DNA of 42,590 bases from assembly GCA_017610385.1 (NCBI GenBank), contig JAFCCC010000010.1, positions 1 to 42,590 of the forward strand, read 5' to 3'. Position 1 is the stretch's first letter. Every line of letters begins with the position of its first letter. This DNA comes from Candidatus Nanohalarchaeota archaeon. GTDB taxonomy: Archaea > Nanohalarchaeota > Nanosalinia > Nanosalinales > JAFCCC01. The notes beneath the pieces were generated by a model. The model saw nothing but the letters and a program-made list of their open reading frames with translations, searched no databases and had not been told where the DNA came from. Positions 37,650-42,590 of the stretch are shown one piece after another. Position numbers and translations under genes: made by a program.

Positions 37650-37795
37650 GTTTAACAGCAATTTAACGGCCCGCTCGTTGCACTTCACACACCCAAATTC
37701 TTAACCTACTACAACACCCTATCCTGCACGAGCTGTGGTATGCCTCATCTCGATGTCGCACCCTACAAGAACTTCGTTAAATTGCAACGTTATAT
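37650..37795 (+). other. Integron attC-like site (146 bp)
   Basis: R'' GTTTAAC, 11-bp perfect inverted repeat GCAATTTAACG (37658-37668)/CGTTAAATTGC (37775-37785), R' GTTATAT. Confidence 0.7.
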
Positions 37796-37865
37796 CTAAT
37801 TGTGAGTGCTATTGGTTTGACTGCCAAAGGTGTTTTGTGAAATATAGATCTATTTAGTTTTAATA

Positions 37866-39233
37866 TTAATTTTCTGTCTTGGCATTAAGCAATTTCGTTA
37901 GTGCAGCTTGAGCTGCAGTAATTAATGGATAAATTGTTGGCGCTGCAGTCAAAAGAGGATGCGTTGCAATTTGTAAAATGTCAAAATTGTAAATTGTCGT
38001 CTCTTTTTGGATTGCTAATGCAAGTATATTTATCATTTCACCAGCACTCTGTGGACCCTTAATTAGACCACCCAATAATAATCCGGATTTTTTAGAAAAA
38101 ATAAGTTTAACTTTAATCTTATGGGTATTCGGTAATGTGCCTGGATGGTGGTTCATTGCCTCACTTTCTCCTATTACTATGTCAAATCCTTCTGATTTAG
38201 CTTTTTGTTCATTCAAACCTGCAATACCCGTCATTACTCCAGAAACTTCTGTTGAAAAAACAGCCAAAGTTCCACTATTTTTGATTAAATTCTCTTTTCG
38301 ATACAGATTAGCAGCCGCAATTCTTGCTTCATGGCACGCAGTTGATGCAAGCATTACTGGAACATATTTTTTAGTTAATAAACTTTTGGTTTCCGCACAA
38401 TCTCCTATTGCAAAAACATCTTTAAAACTCGTTTCCATGTATTTATTAACTTTAATTGCGCCATATTCTCCAATTTTAATTCCTGCATCTATTGCTAAAT
38501 ACACATTTGGTCTTGCACCTATGGAAAAGATAACCAAATCCGCTGGAATTTTCTTATTTTTTAATTTTACAAATTCTACGGAATCTTTTCCTAAAATTTC
38601 TTGTACTTCTGCACCAGGGTAAATTTTTACACCTTTTTCTTTTAATTTTTCTTCAATGTCAATCGCAAATTCTTTGTCAAAAGTTTTTATTAAACAATGC
38701 CGCGATCTTTCCACAATTGAAATATTCAATTTTTTAATACTACTTAATTCTTCTGCAAATTCAATACCTATAAATCCACCACCAATAATTACAATATTTT
38801 TTGACTTCAATACCGCCTCTCGAAACGTTTTTAAATACTCAAAATCTTTTTTGATATGCCAAACGCCTTTTTTATTTATGCCTTTAATAGAAAGCAAAAT
38901 GGATTTAGAACCAGTAGCTAAAATTAATTTATCATAACTTATGTGTTTTTCATTTGCCAAAGTCACGTTTTTTTCAGCAGGATTAATTGAAGTTACCCGT
39001 ACAACTGAAATTTCAACTTTGTTTAGCCTAAGAGTCTTATCTGACAACAAATCTTTTTCAACAGAATCTAACCGATTAAAGATATAGGGAATGCCACATG
39101 GAATTACCTCTTTCTCTTTCTCTCGAAGTAACATAATTTTCTTTTTGGGGTTATTTTTTCTAGCAGTGACTGCTGCTACAATTCCTGCAGGACCCCCACC
39201 AACAATTAAAATATCTGTCTTATGTATCTGCAT
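37866..39233 (-). CDS. FAD-dependent pyridine nucleotide-disulfide oxidoreductase (NADH oxidase/CoA-disulfide reductase type)
   Basis: GGGPAG, PCGIPY (single redox Cys), ATGS, GGGFIGIE, AIGDCA. Confidence 0.92.
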   Translation of the reverse strand: MQIHKTDILIVGGGPAGIVAAVTARKNNPKKKIMLLREKEKEVIPCGIPYIFNRLDSVEKDLLSDKTLRLNKVEISVVRVTSINPAEKNVTLANEKHISYDKLILATGSKSILLSIKGINKKGVWHIKKDFEYLKTFREAVLKSKNIVIIGGGFIGIEFAEELSSIKKLNISIVERSRHCLIKTFDKEFAIDIEEKLKEKGVKIYPGAEVQEILGKDSVEFVKLKNKKIPADLVIFSIGARPNVYLAIDAGIKIGEYGAIKVNKYMETSFKDVFAIGDCAETKSLLTKKYVPVMLASTACHEARIAAANLYRKENLIKNSGTLAVFSTEVSGVMTGIAGLNEQKAKSEGFDIVIGESEAMNHHPGTLPNTHKIKVKLIFSKKSGLLLGGLIKGPQSAGEMINILALAIQKETTIYNFDILQIATHPLLTAAPTIYPLITAAQAALTKLLNAKTEN

Positions 39234-39368
39234 GACTTTATATTTTCTCAGAGCGCTTAAGTAATTTTCTTTTTTATGAAAAATACTGATAATTTAAAAA
39301 TCGCTCTTTTTTGTTTTAAGCTTAATAATTCTCTTAGATTTTTATCTAGTCAAAATATTCAACTGGTT

Positions 39369-39456
39369 TGGGTCTGGGGAGAATCGAACTCCCGATCTTT
39401 GCCGTTCTCAACAACTGTTTGTGAGGGCAACATCATAACCCCTAGACCACAGACCC
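39369..39456 (-). tRNA. tRNA-Val(CAC) with 15-nt intron at 37/38 (39405-39419)
   Basis: GGGTCTG acceptor; TTGCC-CT-CAC-A [AACAGTTGTTGAGAA] C-GGCAA; GTTCGATTC. Confidence 0.93.
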
Positions 39457-39533
39457 AACTGATAGGCACTCAACACCTCCTTAAGGTATTTGTTGACGCA
39501 GTTATAAATCATATTCTCGAAGTATTTATTAAA

Positions 39534-40451
39534 ATGACTGAAAAAATTAAACTTCCAATAGGGTTTAAAGAAAAATACGAAAAATTAACAAATTGGGCAG
39601 AATTTGGCAAGTTCTTTTATCCAGTTGAAAAATCAATTCGAGTTAATACCTTAAAAATCTCTGTTTCAGAATTAAGAAAAAGATTAGAAAAAAAATTCAA
39701 AGTAATTCAGATTCCGTGGTGTCCCGAAGGCTTTTGGATTTCTTCGAGATACAAGAATGAAATTCATTTAGGTTCTTTAGAAGAGTCTGAGCAGGGTTTA
39801 TTTTATATTCAAGAAGCAGCAAGCATGATTCCTCCTTTAGTTTTAAATCCGAAGCCAAAAGAAAAAATTCTGGATATGTGTGCTTCTCCTGGAAGTAAGA
39901 CAACCCAAATCGCACAGTATATGCAAAATAAAGGAACATTAATTGCAAATGACATAAGAAAAGACAGAATTGCAATCTTAGAAAGAAATCTAAAAAGAAC
40001 AGGATCTATTGCCGTAGTAACAATGCAACCTGGTCAGCAATTTAAAGATGTTAAATTTGATAAAATTTTAGTTGATGCACCTTGTTCTGGAACTGGAACA
40101 ATAAGAAACACTTTGAATTTCAAAGATTGGAACCCAGAAACCTTTGAACGACTCTCATTTGAACAAAAAAGTTTACTTCATAGTGCATATAATATATTGA
40201 AAAAAGGCGGCCTTTTAGTTTATTCTACTTGCTCCATGGAACCTGAAGAAAACGAGCTTGTTGTTGATTGGTTATTAAAAAGACATAAAAAAACAAATTT
40301 AGAAGAAATCACGATCAATCTAAAACGTAGCAAACCGATTCTAACATACAACAAACAAAAATTAGACACGAGAATTAAAAAAACACTTAGAATTTGGCCC
40401 CAAGATAACAATACCAGCGGTTTCTTTGTTGCCAAAATCAGAAAATTATAA
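39534..40451 (+). CDS. RsmB/NOP2/NSUN-family RNA m5C methyltransferase
   Basis: IRVNTLK, YIQEAASM, DMCASPGSKT, DAPCSG, YSTCS..PEENE, GFFVAK; ATG at 39534. Confidence 0.95.
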   Translation: MTEKIKLPIGFKEKYEKLTNWAEFGKFFYPVEKSIRVNTLKISVSELRKRLEKKFKVIQIPWCPEGFWISSRYKNEIHLGSLEESEQGLFYIQEAASMIPPLVLNPKPKEKILDMCASPGSKTTQIAQYMQNKGTLIANDIRKDRIAILERNLKRTGSIAVVTMQPGQQFKDVKFDKILVDAPCSGTGTIRNTLNFKDWNPETFERLSFEQKSLLHSAYNILKKGGLLVYSTCSMEPEENELVVDWLLKRHKKTNLEEITINLKRSKPILTYNKQKLDTRIKKTLRIWPQDNNTSGFFVAKIRKL

Positions 40452-41099
40452 TCTTTCTAATTTAGACTCTAATTCAGATAGTGATTGAATTGAATTTTCA
40501 TTATCCCAATATTTCATCTTACGATCTACTAAAATACTCTTAAATCCAAATTCTTCCGCAGCTTGTACATCATTTTCCAAATTGTCACCCACCAGGACAA
40601 TTTCATCTTTCTGCAATCCTGTTTTTTTAAGCACCAACTCAAAGAAATCAAAATTCGGCTTTAACAGGCCAACATCACATGACTTAATAACAACATCAAA
40701 AAGAGCACTTACATTATATTTTTTATTAAGAATCTCAAAACTTTTGCCAGTAGTATTTGTTAATAACACCAACTTAAATTTTGATCTTAATTTCTCTAAT
40801 GTTTCCAAGACTTCAGGAAATGCCATTTTATTTGACTCATTAAGTCTTTTCAAAGTGAATCCCAAGCGATCCTTTAAGTCTTCATTCGGATTAATGCCTA
40901 CATCATTAAGTAAGTTTCTTGTAGGTTCTTCAAAATCTGAAAAATTTTCAGTCATAAAATGCTTTTCAAATAATCTAGAAAAACGAGGATTGTGCATTGA
41001 GAATCCTATTTCATTAGCAAAGCTCTCAAAAGGATGGCTCTGTGCAGAGTGATAAAACAATGTATTCCAACAATCAAATACTATGGCTTTCAATGGCAC
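40446..41099 (-). CDS. HAD-family hydrolase
   Basis: FDCWNTL, LTN, KP, VGDNLENDV. Confidence 0.9.
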   Translation of the reverse strand: MPLKAIVFDCWNTLFYHSAQSHPFESFANEIGFSMHNPRFSRLFEKHFMTENFSDFEEPTRNLLNDVGINPNEDLKDRLGFTLKRLNESNKMAFPEVLETLEKLRSKFKLVLLTNTTGKSFEILNKKYNVSALFDVVIKSCDVGLLKPNFDFFELVLKKTGLQKDEIVLVGDNLENDVQAAEEFGFKSILVDRKMKYWDNENSIQSLSELESKLERL

Positions 41100-41192
41100 A
41101 CTTAACCTATATGTTATAAAATATATAAAGAAAGAGTATATACTTTTTATTAGATAACAACGGTTAAAAAAACGACTTTCTAGTAGTAATAT

Positions 41193-42422
41193 ATGTTAGA
41201 ACTAGATTCTTGTGTTTATACGAATCATACGCCTATTCCTGGGCAAGAACTTGTAAAAGATATATTATTTCCAACAAGATTTCCTTTAATTGGCTGGATT
41301 CCCCGCGCTTTGCTTTCATATCAAGGTTACTCGCTTCTAGGAATAAATACAAAAGAACTTACTCAATATTTAGATAAACACAAAGATCAGGCAGTAATCT
41401 GGGTAGAAAACAGACATTATCCAAATCCGGTTAGAGTTCCGTCCGATTATGAAGATCGTGTTTTACTTGGTTTAGAAGATCCAGAAGATGGGATGATTTA
41501 TGTTGGAACAAAGACGCTTCCAGAAGGTTCTGACATTTATGATAGAATCGTAAACTGTTGCTCTGAAAGGGGTTTATGGATGGCACCACCTTCTTTGTTA
41601 CTGGATATAACGAATTTATCTTCAAAAGAGATTCGGCGAGGTAGAATTCTTTATTCTTTACTAAAAGAAGGTTATGACGCAATTCCAGGAGATTCTCATA
41701 ATAATCTTCCGGTTATGGGAGGATCAGGCGCAATTCAGTATTATTCAAATATTCATTGCAGTTATTGTGAAACTAATTTACATGATATACGAGACTTTTT
41801 AGATGCGCCCGAACGTGTGAAAACAGTATTTCGTTTAGAGGATCCTTGTTTAACAAGCGCGGCAGAATTATTCTGGCAAACCTTATGGAATAAATTAGAA
41901 GAAACATTTCCAAAACGCGCACAAAAACATCTGACATATATCGAAAACAAACAATTCCGTTTTTCAGAAACCTCATTGAGAAAAAAACAAAATCCAAATT
42001 TATTATACAGCGCCCTTTCGGTTTTTAGAAGAAACCCATATACTTTACTTCTTCCAACACTTTATGCGTGGTATAAACTTTACCCAGTGATTCTTTCAGA
42101 GGAGGCTTTGCATAGTTATGAAAATCTAATGAATTTTCGAATGGATCGTTTATTGCATTTTTTTGTAGGAAGTGCTTCTGAAGCATTTTATCATACATTA
42201 GGTTCTACAAGAGATTGGTCTAGTAGAGATACTTTTTTGGCTTCTGCGATAGGTACAACTAGCGCAGCTATTTCTAAAGAACTTTGGGACGTAGTTTTAC
42301 GAAGTAATCTTTTTGACCCAGTAGATGTCTTATCAACCATGGCCGGATTTTTAACTAATCTGGGTTATAGAGAAATAAAAAGCGGATTTAGAAACTTCGG
42401 TGAACATAAGAAATCACGTTGA
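41193..42422 (+). CDS. Hypothetical protein: degenerate PHP-like domain + C-terminal VanZ/YfiM-like membrane domain
   Basis: PHP-like motif order without metal ligands; C-terminal DRLLHF...KELWD...FDPVDV. Confidence 0.6.
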   Translation: MLELDSCVYTNHTPIPGQELVKDILFPTRFPLIGWIPRALLSYQGYSLLGINTKELTQYLDKHKDQAVIWVENRHYPNPVRVPSDYEDRVLLGLEDPEDGMIYVGTKTLPEGSDIYDRIVNCCSERGLWMAPPSLLLDITNLSSKEIRRGRILYSLLKEGYDAIPGDSHNNLPVMGGSGAIQYYSNIHCSYCETNLHDIRDFLDAPERVKTVFRLEDPCLTSAAELFWQTLWNKLEETFPKRAQKHLTYIENKQFRFSETSLRKKQNPNLLYSALSVFRRNPYTLLLPTLYAWYKLYPVILSEEALHSYENLMNFRMDRLLHFFVGSASEAFYHTLGSTRDWSSRDTFLASAIGTTSAAISKELWDVVLRSNLFDPVDVLSTMAGFLTNLGYREIKSGFRNFGEHKKSR

Positions 42423-42450
42423 TCGATATAAAAAGGCTTCTTCTTTTGTT

Positions 42451-42590
42451 TTTTCGCTTAAGCCTTTTACTGAAAAGGCTTAGTGAGTTACCCTCGTAAC
42501 TCGCTGTTTACTTTTCGCTTAAGCCTTTATTAAAAGGCTTAGTGAGTTACCCTCGTAACTCGCTGTTTACTTTTCGCTTAAGCCTTTATT
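42451..42590. repeat. Tandem 59-61-bp two-hairpin repeat (A1+A2), truncated by window edge
   Basis: Units start at 42451, 42512 and 42571; same family as 8029-8183. Confidence 0.95.

Noticed and set aside
9970-41997. Numerous antisense ORFs over ribosomal-protein and enzyme genes, and 5' extensions of ORFs 34687 and 39276
   Set aside because: Shadow frames of well-supported genes; the extensions overlap archease or tRNA-Val

Overview
AT-rich archaeal core-genome segment, DPANN-like by inference from the divergent 16S, the extended S14 and S3, and the intron-rich tRNAs. The minus strand carries 16S rRNA + tRNA-Ala, nine further tRNAs (7 of 10 tRNAs have introns, 9 introns in total, some in D- and T-loops), the S13-S4-S11-rpoD-tRNA-Leu-L18e-L13-S9-rpoN cluster and the L3 to secY/DUF106/cbf5 superoperon. 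Other genes include RtcB-archease, EndoQ-family PHP, GDH, M18 peptidase, UppP, NADH oxidase and an RsmB/NOP2 methyltransferase. Most unusual: (1) a modular family of short hairpin repeats (REP/BIME-like, with compensatory changes) clustered at tRNA genes, which makes up nearly all of a 276-nt tRNA-Pro intron and part of a tRNA-Gln T-loop intron; (2) a near-identical ~150-bp block at the 3' ends of rpl24 and rpl32e whose Lys/Glu-rich tail continues past the stop in the +1 frame up to the next gene's start; (3) integron attC-like sites, one closing a toxin-antitoxin cassette whose RelE is nonsense-interrupted; (4) a multi-hairpin insert between rps19 and rpl22. All calls are from manual reading; no searches were run.
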